The notes below the pieces were generated by a model. The model made no database searches and was not told where the DNA came from. It saw only the letters and a list, made by a program, of their open reading frames with translations. Below, one piece after another: positions 14,966 through 32,599 of a DNA stretch of 64,000 nt. Made by a program: the position numbers and the translations under genes. Source of the stretch: the human T2T-CHM13v2.0 reference genome, Homo sapiens; NCBI RefSeq assembly GCF_009914755.1, contig NC_060926.1; one strand, written 5' to 3'. Every line of letters starts with the position of its first letter. The first letter of the stretch is position 1.

Positions 14966-15210
14966 GACTTAGCCATAAAAATAAATTTAATAATATCTTT
15001 CCCGGCAACTTGCATGGAGGTGGAGGCGGTTATTCAAAGTGAAGTAACTCAGGAATGGAAAACCAAATACCTTATGTCCACACTTATAAGTGAGAGCTAA
15101 GCTACAAGTACACAGAGGCATACAGAGTGGTCTAATGAACATTGGAGACAGAAGTGGAGAGGGTGGGGGGGGTGAGGAATAAAAAGCTGCATATTAAAAA
15201 AAAAAATAGA
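14966..15210 (+). mobile_element. Old L1 3'-end fragment
   Basis: gcaacttgcatggaggtggagg...gaagtaactcaggaatggaaaaccaaatac...cacttataagtgagagctaagc. Confidence 0.75.
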
Positions 15211-15313
15211 AATTGCACTAAATAATATAGCAATCATTGGACCAAAAAAAACCTTTGTTGAATACCTGTATGTGTATGTGTGTGTGTATATATACGTACA
15301 CATATATATATAA

Positions 15314-15879
15314 TCTGATTACCTATATATATGCATACAAACACAGACACACACCTATATATACACAAACACCCACACATAAATATTTTATATATAATAT
15401 ATAATATATATACTATATTATATGTTATATATACTATTATAATATATATAATATATATATTATATATTATATATACTATTATTATATATGATACTATTAT
15501 ATATTAATATAATTATATATAATATATATATTATATAATATACTATTATATATTATATATAATAGTATATTATATAATATATATATTATATATAATAGTA
15601 TTATATATACTATTATATATTATATATATTATATATATATAAAATATAATATAATATATATAATATATAATATTAATATTATATATATAATATAATATAA
15701 TATATAATATAATATAATATATATATTAATAAAATTATATTAATATATAATATATAATAGTATATTATATACATATATAATATATACAATATATAATATC
15801 ATAATATATAATATGTATTATATATATAAAATATGTGTGTGTGTGTCTGTGTGTGTATGCATATATATAGGTAATCAGA
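15314..15879. repeat. AT-rich tract bounded by 41-bp inverted repeats
   Basis: 15314-15354 is the reverse complement of 15839-15879 at 40/41 positions; interior almost entirely A/T. Confidence 0.9.
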
Positions 15880-17524
15880 ACAGGATTTTATAGTATAATA
15901 TAGATTTATTGAAAATCATTAAGTTCACATTCCATAAATAAAATGTGTTCATACATATATATGTGTACATTTGCTTATATGTGTTTGTATATATATATGT
16001 GTGTGTGTGTGTATACACACAGATGTAACATTCTTATTCTTTTTTTTAATATAAAAACCTTGCTACTCAAAATTTGTCCAGAACCCAGTAGCAACACTAA
16101 GAGCATGTTACCAATTCAAAACAGCAAAACCACCTTAGATCAATTGAATGGGAATCTGTATTTTCATAAGATAACAGATGATCCATTGAAGGTTTAAGAA
16201 GCTATGTTTTAGGGAATGTTTACTTCAGCTAAGAAATTTTTGTTGTTTTTATCCAACATGTCAATTTAAGAAAATCTGATTAAAGTCACATGTTGAAAAC
16301 ACATCCAATTTTTTTTACTCAATTTGATTTAACTTTAATTAATTTAAGAATAAATTTACTTTTTTAATGCTGAAGGTTGAAATACTTAATTATTTGTCAG
16401 TGACATGATCACATACCTTGAAACTTAATTGGAGAAAAGGTTTTAGAACCTTGAGTAATTGCTAAAGCAAAAGAAGAAACCCACATATTGTATACGTGTG
16501 TTGCAGCTGATGGGACTTAAATTTGCTTGTGTAGCTTGACCTCAGGATGTTGTTAACTGCCCTGGCTGATCACTGCTCCTTCAGTCTTGACCCCAATTAA
16601 AAAAAAATCCATATATTAGAGATAAGCTCAGCGACCTACAGCACAACCACGCAGCTGAGCCCTGTCTAGATCAGCTAAATTATTGTTAATATGAACATCC
16701 GTAAACATGAAAATAAATACTAGTATTGTAAGCCTCTGCATTTTGAGTGGTTTGTTACAAACTATTATTGTTGAAAAGCTAATACATTATTAAACATCCA
16801 CATATATAGACGCATTTAATGAAAATTGACTGCATAAATATGAATACTTAGAAAATCATAAAGAAACAAAAACATAGAAGAAATAATACTTAAATCAGAA
16901 GAAATAAAATACAACTTAGCTCATTTATGGAAACATCTAACAGGAATAGTTAGTATTGAGGATACACATATGTAGCAATACTCAACAGAATAATCAGAAT
17001 GGAACTTTACATATACACTACAGATTGTTGAAAATCATTAGGTTGACATTCCAGGAATAAAACATATGTTTATACATATATGTGTGCATATGTGCATTTA
17101 TCTTTTTATATATGATATATACATTTGCATATATATTTAGACATTGCTTTCTGCATAAACTTATATAAACAGTTATGTTTTAACAAAGTTGTATGACCAC
17201 ATATGTGTGTATATACTCACATACACACAAGCTACAAGCACATATACAAAATTATCACAGTGCCAAGGAAATGTATTTTGGCCCTTCTAGACCCTAGGTT
17301 ACAGACAGTACTCAGAGGATGGAAGAATTTTAATAAAACAGATATCAAAACATCATGTGAGGCATGCATACATTTTGTTGAAAAATTTTCTTTTTACAGT
17401 CACCATTTTCTTTAAAGTTTTATAAAGTGTTGTTGTCTGGTCTCCTTTGTAATTTAGACCTTAGGTTAAATTTGTGACCCATGAGGAATGCTGGATTCTG
17501 GACTGAAGGTTTTTGGATTTTGCC

Positions 17525-20610
<3,086 letters not shown>

Positions 20611-22716
20611 TCCCCATTCTTTAGGTAGAAGTGATCCTGATGTTACTTGTAAAGACAACGTTTGCAATATGTTAGGTGTTAATACATTGCTTTTAATGTG
20701 TGAAAAAGGAATTCAAGTGTGGGAAAGTGTGTATTGGTGATGTCAAGCCACAAGGGTGGATGGAGATAGAAAAAGATATGTAGTCATGAAAAACGATGAA
20801 TGTGAACGGGACTGAATTTAGGGATATTATCAACACAGGGAGAGCTGCAGGATAGGAGTCAGATCTCTGGTAGCTGCTGGCAGGGATGCTGTCCTTCTGT
20901 GGGCCGTAGTGAGAGGAACAGCTGTCTTCTCTGCAGGAGGCAGTCTGAATATGGGGTCTCAGGCAGTAAGGACTCCTCCGCAGCCTGAATCGGCAGTACA
21001 GTTTGTGAGATTGTTCCAGAGGTTTTGCCTGGAGCCTGTTGTTAAGGCTTTCCAACAATTTTTGAGCTATTTAATATCCCATAATGAATCCCTTTATGCT
21101 TAGTGCAGTTCACATTTGTAACCAATACTAATGACCACTCCACATTGAGGGCATGGTTGCCCCCTTTTTTCCTGCTAAATTTAATGCTTTCCAGGTGAAT
21201 CTACTAGAGAAGGCCAACATGAATAACCTTCATGTCATCAAAAGTGCATGACAAATAAGCTCAGGGGAGCCACCGGGTTCTCAGTCATCTGCAGTGTCTC
21301 ATGACATGAAAAGAGGAGACTGAGGAATCTTCCTGTAATCCTTCAGCCAGTCTTTCTGCAGCCTTAGGTAGGGTCTCCACGTGCATGTACTCATCAGTGC
21401 TCTGTGGAATACTGAGGGAGGCATCTGGGGATAGCCTGGGCTCTCTCTGAACTCCCTCCTCTGTTTCTCTGTCTTTCTGGACCTCCAATTCTTTTTCCTC
21501 TCTTCAGGGACACTCCCAGGCACCTCATGGATTTCCTTTCACTACACAATGCTCTGGCAACTCTCCTCAGGGTCTCAGATGGATCGTTCCAAATTTCATC
21601 TCCTTTGGTTTAAAATCTTCTGGGCTCAATATCCTTAATTTCTAATGTCCAATTTCTTGAAAACATTTGCCTCATGTATTGTGTCCTGTGTTTTAGTTAA
21701 TCCAGAGAGGAGTGTAAACCTAGTCCATTCTAATCTCTTTTGGCTACAGGTTGAATATCTGGAAGCCTACGTCTGAATTTAAATATTTTTCGCTCCTCAA
21801 GGTTCTTCACCAGCACCTGGTAGTGTGAGGATAGCAGGTCGTGCTTTAGGGTTGCAATTGGGACTTTACTGCCATTACCCCATCTCTTGCTTTTTCCACA
21901 CCACACAAGTTCTCCTGAACACATATACAGACACTTCACACACATTCACATGCCATCCCGCCTCCCAGCAGCAGAAACCTGGCCTCACTTTGTGTCTGAG
22001 CGGGGAACGCCTACTGCGTAGCTACTCTCAGAGGAACGAGCCCAGAGAAGGGGCCAAGTCCCTGGAAGTTAGGGTTAGAACATTTGAATTGGTAGTTTCA
22101 GGACCCCAAGTATCAGGGTGTGATGTAGAAGAAAATTGGCTCTATATTAGCACAGTCTCAGTCTCTCTCTGTGAAAGACTGGAGGGGAGGAGAGCCTGGT
22201 GAGGGCCCTTCACTTCTGGGGCCCAGAGCAAGAGGTCCCTCATGTTGAGTGTGCATGTAGCTTTGATTGATGCATTATTACTGAGACACTCAATAGCTCC
22301 ATTGAAATACAAGATTGGAGACCTCCAACCAAGATGCTCTGTCAGTGTTGACAGGGCTCCTTTATGATCCAGCAGGCTGTTGAGGGCTCCCTGGCCTTGA
22401 TGAGTTCGCAGCAGAGCTAGCTTTGTCTCCAGCCTCATCCTCCCTTCCTCTGTGTCTTCCGTGAAACTCGGAGCAATTCCCCAGGTGATGTGATCTTGTC
22501 TTCATCCTACTTTGAAGAGAATTGATCCTGAGTGGTTCTGGGGTATTTAAGGTTGTACATTTATCCTAATTCAGGCTTCAGTTTCACAGCTATCCTATTT
22601 GGTTGATGAAAGAAACTGTATTTGATTTGATTTTTGTTTTTTTGATAATCAGGTTTGGCATCCTCAGTCAGAACTTTCATGCTGATGAGCTGAGAGAAAT
22701 AAAGTTACATGGGTCT

Positions 22717-23014
<298 letters not shown>

Positions 23015-23259
23015 TTACATTTGTCGTGAGGGGTAGACTATGTAGGTCCCCAAACCAAGAATAGGATGCCCATTTAGTTGATGGATACTAAAGAGACCTG
23101 TGTCTTCAGATAATAATTTGTCTGTGAACTACACACCTTTGAGAAAGCACAGTGTTATCTTTGTGCGTCTACAGTAAATTTCCATGTCTTATGGTTGTAA
23201 CAGGTGTGGCTCAGTGCCATCACAAAATACCTTAGAATAGCTTGGGTATGCTCTTAAGA

Positions 23260-24450
23260 GCTGCCATTTTTATTTTTAAAATATTGAAACAATTTCACAT
23301 TTACAGAAAGTTTGTAAGTAGAGTACAAAGTAACACATTTCCCCCTAAACCATTGAGAGTAACTTGATGACCTCATAGTTCCACCCTTTAAGACTTTGCT
23401 ATGTATTTCCTTCAGACAAGACATTTTCCTACATAACCCAATACATCTGTGGAACCAGGGAATCATCACTGGTGCATCACTCCATCTAATCCTCAAGTGT
23501 ATTTCAACTTTTGTTAATTGTTCCAATAATGTCTTTTGTAACAAAATGATTCACGGGTTGCCTTTGCTGGCCTGTACCTCCGTAGTTTTCTTCCATCTAG
23601 AACAGTTCCAGTGTCCTTGTTTGGACTTTATGAACACATTGCTTTTGAAGATTACACACCAGTTACCATGTAGATTGTCAATTTAAATTTGTTTGAATTT
23701 TCTTCAGGATTGAACTCTGTTAGTGTAACTGTTGCGGGAATATCCAGAAGCGATACTGTGCTCTCACTGAATCCTATTGGGATGTGTGTGATTTCCATCT
23801 GCCACATGACTGACGAGGTTCAGTCTGACTCCTGCTGAAGGGGGTGTCTGCCAGGCTTCTCCCTGCACCTTCACTGTTGTTCTGTTTGAAAGAGATAAGA
23901 ATTTGTGGAGATGTTCTTGATACTTCATGAATATCCCTCTCCTAATCGAAATATAGACATGGATCCATATTTTCTTCAATGGGTTATACTCTGCTACCAT
24001 CATCATTTATTTTCATAGTCAACCCTCCTCTGATTTGTCCAATGGGAGCCTCATTCACACTGCCTCTGAATACCTGCTGTTTTTATCCCATCATTCTCTG
24101 AGCACTTTTTTAGTTTCTGGCACTAGATGGTACAAGCTCATCTTCCATCTCCCCTATTTTAGACCTGACATCAGCCATTTCTCCAAAGATTACTGATTCC
24201 TTTTAGTAGAAATCGGCATTCAGAAAAATAAGATCTACACACTAAATGTGTTCAGTGGGACTGATGTGTCATCGCTTCTAGAGAAAATGAGCTATCTATT
24301 ATCTATCATTTGTCTATCTATCATCATCATCTATTCATCTATCTTTTTACCTATATCTACATAAACCATGAATTGGCACTGATATAGCTATAATCCAGAG
24401 TCATAGAGTTTATTCTAGTACGCGCTTTTAAAATATTTCTAACATTTCTC
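23260..24450 (-). mobile_element. Ancient L1M fragments
   Basis: L1MC/ME-like antisense 3'-end phrases (aatttcacatttacagaaagtttg..., ccatttctccaaagattactgattccttttagtagaa). Boundaries approximate. Confidence 0.5.
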
Positions 24451-25950
24451 CCTGGGTACCTTGGCTCTAATTATCCTTACTACACTGACTTATGGGATCA
24501 ACATCTCTTTGTGACACTAATCTCCTGCTGTCATTGCCACCTACACGCTCCTTTTAGACAACTTCCCTCTTCTGCCTCACAACCTGCATTAGCCCTGATA
24601 TGCTTTGCCAGCTCACTGTTAACTTTGACTCCTGCATGGGTGACCTTCTCAATCTACATGGGCCGTTTTGCTAGTACCACTGGCTTTACCCCTTTTGAAG
24701 GGCCCTGCTCATCCTGCTTCAGCTGTGACATATGTGCTAGTGGGAGGATGTTGCCCCACATCCTGCGCCTATGTGGGGATACCCTCCTCCCTCCACTATA
24801 GCTTCAACACCTCTGGTGGTCTTCCCTCTCTACTGCACATCAACTGCCCTTTCCATGCCATGTGGGTTTCACACTCTGTGCAATATTTTGGTTTCCCCTT
24901 CATTTTGGTGCATGGTTTTCTTTCTGAACCTACTTTGGTCAAATGCCCTAAACCCAGTCATTAAGAACTGCTTTCTCTTAAAAACTGGAAGAGATTGGTA
25001 ATATAGAGATATACAGTTTATGGAACAGAGTAGATTCAAGAGTAGATGTGAGCACTGGGTCTAGATAACATCTCAGTTTCCGGAAGATATTAGCTTAAGA
25101 ATGACGTAAGGCACACATATTAATCCAAGGAGCTCAGGAAACATCTAGCATAGGAATGCATGATGGCACACAGAGGTAGAGAGTAGCTGACACTTTTCAG
25201 AAGTGGAGGGAGAAGATTTCTGATGTTGGCCTAGATGTAAGAAGTAGGAAAGAAAATGTAGAAATACAGGAAGATGATCACATGTCTGAGATAAGAGATT
25301 TGCCATGTCGTTTACCCAGTGTACAAGGATTACCCAATCCTTGCAAAGCATTACACTACTTTCACATATTTTGTGTTAACATTTTCCTTTTTCTTATTTT
25401 TAATAAATAAATCTGTCCTTCTATCCATCCATCTATGTATCCATCCATCTTTCTTATACCTCATCATTGCATCTCTGGCTGATAGTGCTGATGATTTACA
25501 ACATCAAGGGCTCTAGAGGATCAGAGCAAAGAAGAAGTCTCTGTGGCCTCAATAATATTCATCAGTACCAAACGCAGGACACTTCTAAAATTTATTGCAG
25601 ATTCTGGAGATGTGCTTCTCCAACAAGCCAGGTCTTAGACGGGAAGCTAGCAAGAAAAGTAGGTCATGACCTACTTCTGCAGAGCAGAAAAGCAATCTCC
25701 TTGCAGGACAGTAGACAGATTCTGTTCTGTGGCCCCCAGAGAGAAACTTGTTCTCTGCTAACAAGTGTATGCAGGCCTGATCAATCTTAGGACCCCTGGG
25801 GGACACTAGGCCTGTGCAATATTATGCAGATAAAGTCATTCTTGCATCTGTTGAAATTTTCATTTTCAAAAAAACACAGCCAACTTCCTGAAGACTTGTA
25901 CACAGGCTGGTCATACCACTTGCAAGAGTCAGTCCCAGTCAAGACACAGC

Positions 25951-26427
25951 ATGGACATGAGGGTCCCTGCTCAGCTCCTGGGGCTCCTGCTGCTCTGACT
26001 CTCAGGCAAGGAAGGAGAACACTAGGAATTTACTGAGCCAGTGTGGTCAGTACTACCTGGCTATTCAGGAAAGTCCTCTCATAACATGGTTAATAGTGTT
26101 AATAGTTTTGTTTCCCATCTCAGGTGCCAGATATGACATGCAGATGACCCAGTCTCCATCCTCGCTGTCTTCCTGTCTAGGTGAGAGTCACCATCACATG
26201 CCAGGAAAGTCAGGTAGGGCATTAGCCATGTTTTAGCCTGATACAAAGAGAAGCCAGGGAAAGCTTCTGAGCTCCTGATCTACGATGCATCCAATTTGCA
26301 AACCTGGGTCCCATTGCAGTTATGTGGCATTGGATCCAGGACAGATTTGATTCTCACCATTAGCATCCTCCAGTCTGAAGTTGCTGCAACTTCTTATTAT
26401 TGGTCAACAGTATAAAAGTGACCCTCT
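25951..26427 (+). pseudogene. IGKV1D-32: IGKV1-family pseudogene (leader 25951-26005; exon 2 from 26124)
   Basis: TGA in leader (25996-98), GC instead of GT donor, indels in FR1/CDR1, TGA at the conserved Trp; heptamer CACAGTG 26428-26434 but nonamer destroyed; no intact octamer. Confidence 0.88.
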
Positions 26428-26877
26428 CACAGTGTTACAAACCCAATAAGCTCCCCAAGGAAGCAGATATGTGAGGGTGGGCTGCCCCAGCTGCTTCTCC
26501 TGTTTCCTCCATCTGCTGAGAGTGTTTCTCAGACTCAGCCACACTCTGAAGGTCACTGAGCAGTTTTCATAGAAGCGGTAAGGGAAGTGTCTCTACACCC
26601 TTAGTTTCTTTTATCCTCCTCAGCCCCAGCAGCAGACATGGCAATGCCTCTCCTAATTTCATAGAAGAGTCATTACCTATGAGGACTCTGGGTTACAGCA
26701 CTGGTCCAGGTTCATACAACAAAAGAGAAGCTATTGTAGGTAACCCAAATAGAAAGTTTTTCCTAATATGGGAAATCCATGTCTAAATTACAACTTTTCA
26801 AAGACCAGAGGATATAATGGTTAGGAAACCAGAAAGGCAAAAGGAGTGCTGGGAAATCTACTTCAAGAAGCAATGGT

Positions 26878-27093
26878 GGCCGCGCACGGTGGTTCAGGCC
26901 TGTAATCCCAGCACTTTGGGAGGCCGAGGCAGGCGGATCACCTGAGATCAGGAGTTCAAGACCAGCCTGGCCAACATGGTGAAACCCCGTCTCTACTAAA
27001 AATACAAAAATTAGCCGGGCATAGTGGTGGGTGCCTGTAATCCTAGCTACTCAGAAGGCTGAGGCAGGAGAATCATTTGAACCAGGCAGGTGG
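26878..27093 (+). mobile_element. 3'-truncated AluS (no polyA), fused to the IGKV3D-31 upstream region
   Basis: Alu runs ggccgcgcacggtgg... to ...aatcatttgaaccaggcaggtgg and then switches to V3 promoter sequence. Confidence 0.9.
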
Positions 27094-27230
27094 TCTCTGC
27101 AGTTTCGAAGCCCAGCGCCATCTGTGGCTGTTATGCATGTCTCTCCCAGCCACCCTGCTGTCCAGAGCCCATATCAATCCATGGGGGTAGGTCTGTGAAA
27201 GAGCAGCTCAGTTAGGACCCAGAGGGAACC

Positions 27231-27770
27231 ATGGAAGCTGCAGCTCAGCTGCTCTGATTCTTGTTACTCTGGCTCCCAGGTGCAGGAAACATCGGATGGT
27301 TCTGCATGTCAGTGAAACTTTCTCAACCTTGTTGAGTCCTGTTACCTGGCACACCTGCTGGGAAGGCACAATGATTAAAGCTCAATGTAGATCAATGGTC
27401 CTGGATGCACTGGGAAGACAATAGGTATGATGTAGTGTACATGTGTGACATTTCTGTTTTTATTCCAATTTCAGATACCACCAGAGAACTTGTGATGACA
27501 GTCTCCAGCCTCCCTGTCTTTATCTCTAGGGGAAAAAGCCACCCTCACCTACAGAGCCAAGTAGACTATTAGCAGCTCCTTAGCAGGGTATCAGTGGAAA
27601 CCTGGACAGGCTCTCAGGCTCCTCATCCATGGTGCATCCACCAGGACCACCAATGTCCCAGCCTGGTGGAGTGGCAGTGGGTTCGGGGAAAACTTCAGTC
27701 TCATTATCAGCAGGCTGGAGCATGAAGATTTTGCACTTTAACACTGTTATCAGCATAGTGGTGGGTATTC
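27231..27770 (+). pseudogene. IGKV3D-31: IGKV3-family pseudogene (leader 27231-27279; exon 2 from 27475)
   Basis: Leader MEAAAQLL* (TGA 27255-57); 2-nt deletion in FR1 (ATGACAGTCT); first Cys lost; octamer decayed (GTTATGCAT); RSS CACAGTG-12-ACCAAACCT at 27771-27798. Confidence 0.87.
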
Positions 27771-28031
27771 CACAGTGATTCCACAGGAAACCAAACCTCC
27801 ACAAGACAGCTGGTGTTTTTTCCTCAAGCCTTCTGTTTACTTATGGGAAGCTACTATGGTGGCTGCTTAGTTATTGAGAGAAAACAATGGAGACTTCAAT
27901 AAATAGAAGTTTATACCACATTCATGCATTATAAAACTTAATATTGTGAGTAACATAATTCTCCCTTAATTAATTCAATACAGTGACAATTAAAATCCCA
28001 GAGGACTTTTGTGAAATTGAAATGATGTTTC

Positions 28032-28042
28032 ATATATATATA

Positions 28043-28082
<40 letters not shown>

Positions 28083-28220
28083 TCACATACCACACACTAT
28101 ATATATATATATATACACACACACTATATATGGTGTATGTATATATATAGTGATATGTATGTGTATAATATATATATAGAGAGTGTGTGTGTATATATAT
28201 AGATACATACATATCACACA
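28032..28220. repeat. (TA)n/(CA)n/(TG)n compound microsatellite
   Basis: Direct reading. Confidence 0.9.
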
Positions 28221-28276
28221 TGCATTTAAAAAGGACAAAAATAGCCATTGGAATCTTGCATAAGAATAACAGGTCA

Positions 28277-29342
<1,066 letters not shown>

Positions 29343-29379
29343 CACTGTTACCATAGATGATGCATACTGAAAGAGAAAA

Positions 29380-29710
29380 ATATCTTGGTCAGGTAATTTA
29401 AAACAAGAGACATGTACTTTCTCACAGTTCTGAAGGCTGGGAAGTCCAAGGTCAAGGCACTGGCAATCTTTTTGTACCATGAGGGCTGCTCCAGCTTCCA
29501 AGATGGTGGCTTGTGGCTGTGTCCTCACGTTGTGGAGGTGGAAGGGCAAAAGAGACAAATTCTGTGTGAAGCCACTTTTATTGGGCGTTCATCCCATTCA
29601 CCGGGGTGGAATCCTCATGAATAATCAGCTCCCAAAGGCCCCACTTTGTAATCCTGTTGCATGGGGTAAACAGGAATCTTGGATGAGATGCAGACATTCA
29701 GACCAGAGCA
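29380..29710 (-). mobile_element. MaLR (MST/MLT1A-like) LTR
   Basis: ctcacagttctgaaggctgggaagtccaaggtcaaggcactggc...cttccaagatggtggcttg...cagacattcagacca. Confidence 0.75.
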
Positions 29711-31135
29711 GTGATCAGTAGAAAAATATATAATAAGTGAACTGTATTGGATCAATAAGATATCTATATTACATCAAAATGAATCCTGACCTCTACATTT
29801 CACCTCTATATTATATAAATATCAACTCTAAATGAATCATAAAATGAAATATGAAGGCAAAATAATAAAGCTTTTAGTAAAGAGCATAAAAACATATATC
29901 ATAAACAGGTGCAGAAATAAATTTCTTAAAGAGAACACACAAAGCACTAGGCACAAAGACAAAGATTCATGAATTAGGTTTTATTTGTATGAATTCCTTC
30001 TTATAGGGTTTTAAACAAATAAATTAAAAATATTATTTGATGAATACATATAGAAGAAATTAACAGAGAGGAAAGTCAAATTATAAAGAATATGAGATTC
30101 AGAATTCTGATTAACTGTGGGGGGAGATAGGCATATGGCATCGTGGAAACCCCACCCAGAGATCACACTTTTAGAGGAACCTGTAGAATGGTAGGCCTTG
30201 TGACAGCCATCTTGAAGGATATAACTGGCATCAGTCAACCCTGTGGCCCAAACAATTCATATCCCTCTTACATGTTAAATGCTCTAATTCTCACCCCATC
30301 AAGTCTAAGTATTATTCCATAATAGTGTCAGGGCAAAATTCAAAATATCATCACCAAAATGATGTCCTGGGGACTGATGTTAGCAAGATAGCAGAGTAAG
30401 AGATACCAGGCTTCAGCCCTCACAAAACCCAGCAATTAGTCAGTTATCCAAGAAGGCCAATACCCTGGGAGGGCTGAAGAGTTCAATTACAAACATGCAG
30501 CAACATGATAGAGTAAAAAGCCAAGAATAAGCACATGCAAAGGATGGCTGGAAGCTGATGGCACACCTGAGAGCCCTGATACCTCTAGGAACAAAGAAAG
30601 GGGAAGCAATTGTTATCAGCCAGAGGTGGTGCCACTGTGGGCCCCATAGCCTGCTCTGTGGCAGGACCCTGCAGCCTTTGCTGCTGATAACCTCAGCAGC
30701 CACCCAGGCAATCCCCCACCATTCAGCTTTCCCAGTGGAGGCCCTTTAATATTTCTTGTCGAGGATCACAGCAGCCTGCTCCACAGGGGCCACTGGTGCT
30801 TTTGCCTGGACGGTTACCTGCAGCCATAGTCGCACACTCCCCAGAGAGGGAGATGCTGCTATACGCACTCCGCAGTGAGGAGCCATTGTTTTCTCTCCTG
30901 TGACAGGGCTACCTCCCAGCCCCTTGGCATCAACCTTACCCTCTGCACTGCCCCAGACCCAGGCCTCCAGGTCTCACCCTGCCCTGGCAACTCAGACAGT
31001 AAGCCACCTTTATGTGGACTAGCCCATGCCCAGCCCCAGACCCACTGTCACTGCAAGTGCACCCTCGCTCCAGACCTCGTCACTGTGGCTGTTCTGGAAA
31101 TTGCCAAAGACATCAAAGAAATTGAGACATGTTTA

Positions 31136-31494
31136 TAGGCATACCTCAGAGATATTGCTGGTCTAGTTTCCAATCACTGCAATAAAATGAATATTATCAT
31201 AAAGGGAGTCACACTCATTTTTTGGTTTTCCAGTGCATATAAAAGTTATGTTGACACAATCTTGTATTCGGTTAAATGTACAATAGTATTATGCCTAAAA
31301 AATGTACATACCTTAATTTTTTAAAACTATTGCTGAGCAATACTGACATAGAGACAGGAAGTAAGAACCTACCACTGGAAAAACGGCACCAAAATAGTTA
31401 CCTGAGGCAGAGTTGCCACAAACCTTCAATTGGTAAAAATCTCAGTATCTATAAAGCACAGTAAAGCAAAACACAATAAAAGGAGATATGGCTG
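31136..31494. mobile_element. Internally deleted Tigger1-type DNA transposon with TIRs and TA target duplication
   Basis: TA-TAGGCATACCTC... and ...GAGATATGGCTG-TA termini. Confidence 0.8.
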
Positions 31495-31530
31495 TATCTT
31501 GAAAAGGATGAGAGCTTTGGGTAAGGACAG

Positions 31531-31981
31531 TGTTAGGTTTTGAAGGGAAGGGAAGGGTTAAAGAAAGACAGAGAGAGAGTTGGCGGCTCTACAGCAAAGC
31601 AGGTTTTATGTCCAGCACAAGACTGTGGAGGTGGGGGACTAGCTTAATACCAGAACCCGCTGCCGCTTACAGGCTGGGGTACTTATAGGTATGGGCGGGA
31701 GGGGTCTAGACGGTATTACTTGCTGCCCGGCAGGACGTTGATAACATGTTCCTGTGGTCAGGCGGTTTTGCCAAGGATGTTCCTTGGGCCTTTTGCCCAG
31801 CGGGGTGTGATAAGAATGTTTCTTGGGCCCACTGTCCAGCAGAAGACGATAGGGATGTTCCTGTATTCACGTGGTTAGGCAGGATGTTTCTCACAGTTCT
31901 AACCCCCGTGGAATGCTTCACTTTGACCAAGGTCTACAAAATGGAAGGGGGGCTTACAAAATGGTGCACCTTGGACTAACA
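31531..31981. mobile_element. Solo ERV LTR (~450 bp)
   Basis: Inverted termini TGTTAG...CTAACA; imperfect 5-bp TSD GACAG/GATAG. Confidence 0.75.
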
Positions 31982-32599
31982 GATAGGAAAAGTCTATGGC
32001 CTTTTGCCTGGAACTGCTTTTTCTCACCCAAGCTTCGTCAACAAGAATTTTAGAACTGTAGTTTTACCAGCTGAAATGGCAGCAACAACTGGAAGCTTGT
32101 TGCCAAACGGGATTGACTTGAGCTGGGATGGAGAGTAGAACAAGATCCTTCAGTGTTTTCAGCTAATGGTGCTGAACTCTGCAGGAAATGCCCAGAAAAG
32201 GCCCAGAGTTTTGCAAGTCCAAGGTGATGACCCTGGGAGACTGGTACACCAGCTAAAACTTGATAATGGATTACTGGAAACCATGGAGTCATAGAATTAT
32301 AGAGATCATCCCTGCACACATTCTTAGAATGAGCAGATGTGACTTAGAAATTGCGTATTTGAGTGACAGAGACCCAAGTGGGCCCAGTGAATAAAAGTGA
32401 AGGAGGTGTCTTTTATGGGCACGCTTCAAGCCACACACATATACATTGGCAGAAAGTAGATTATTGAGGTCAAGGAGTTTGAGCAACACAAATGCCTAAG
32501 TTACTGGTGATTACCAAACTGTGCAGACACAGGTAGGGCTTCTGGCTAAAACTTAAAATGAAAAAAATCAGAAATATCAATTGCCAAACAGCTAGTAAG

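Noticed and set aside
24119-24135. CTCF-like GCACTAGATGGTAC (also CTAGCAGGTGGAAA near 51988)
   Set aside because: Mismatches at key core positions and no supporting upstream module or paralog.
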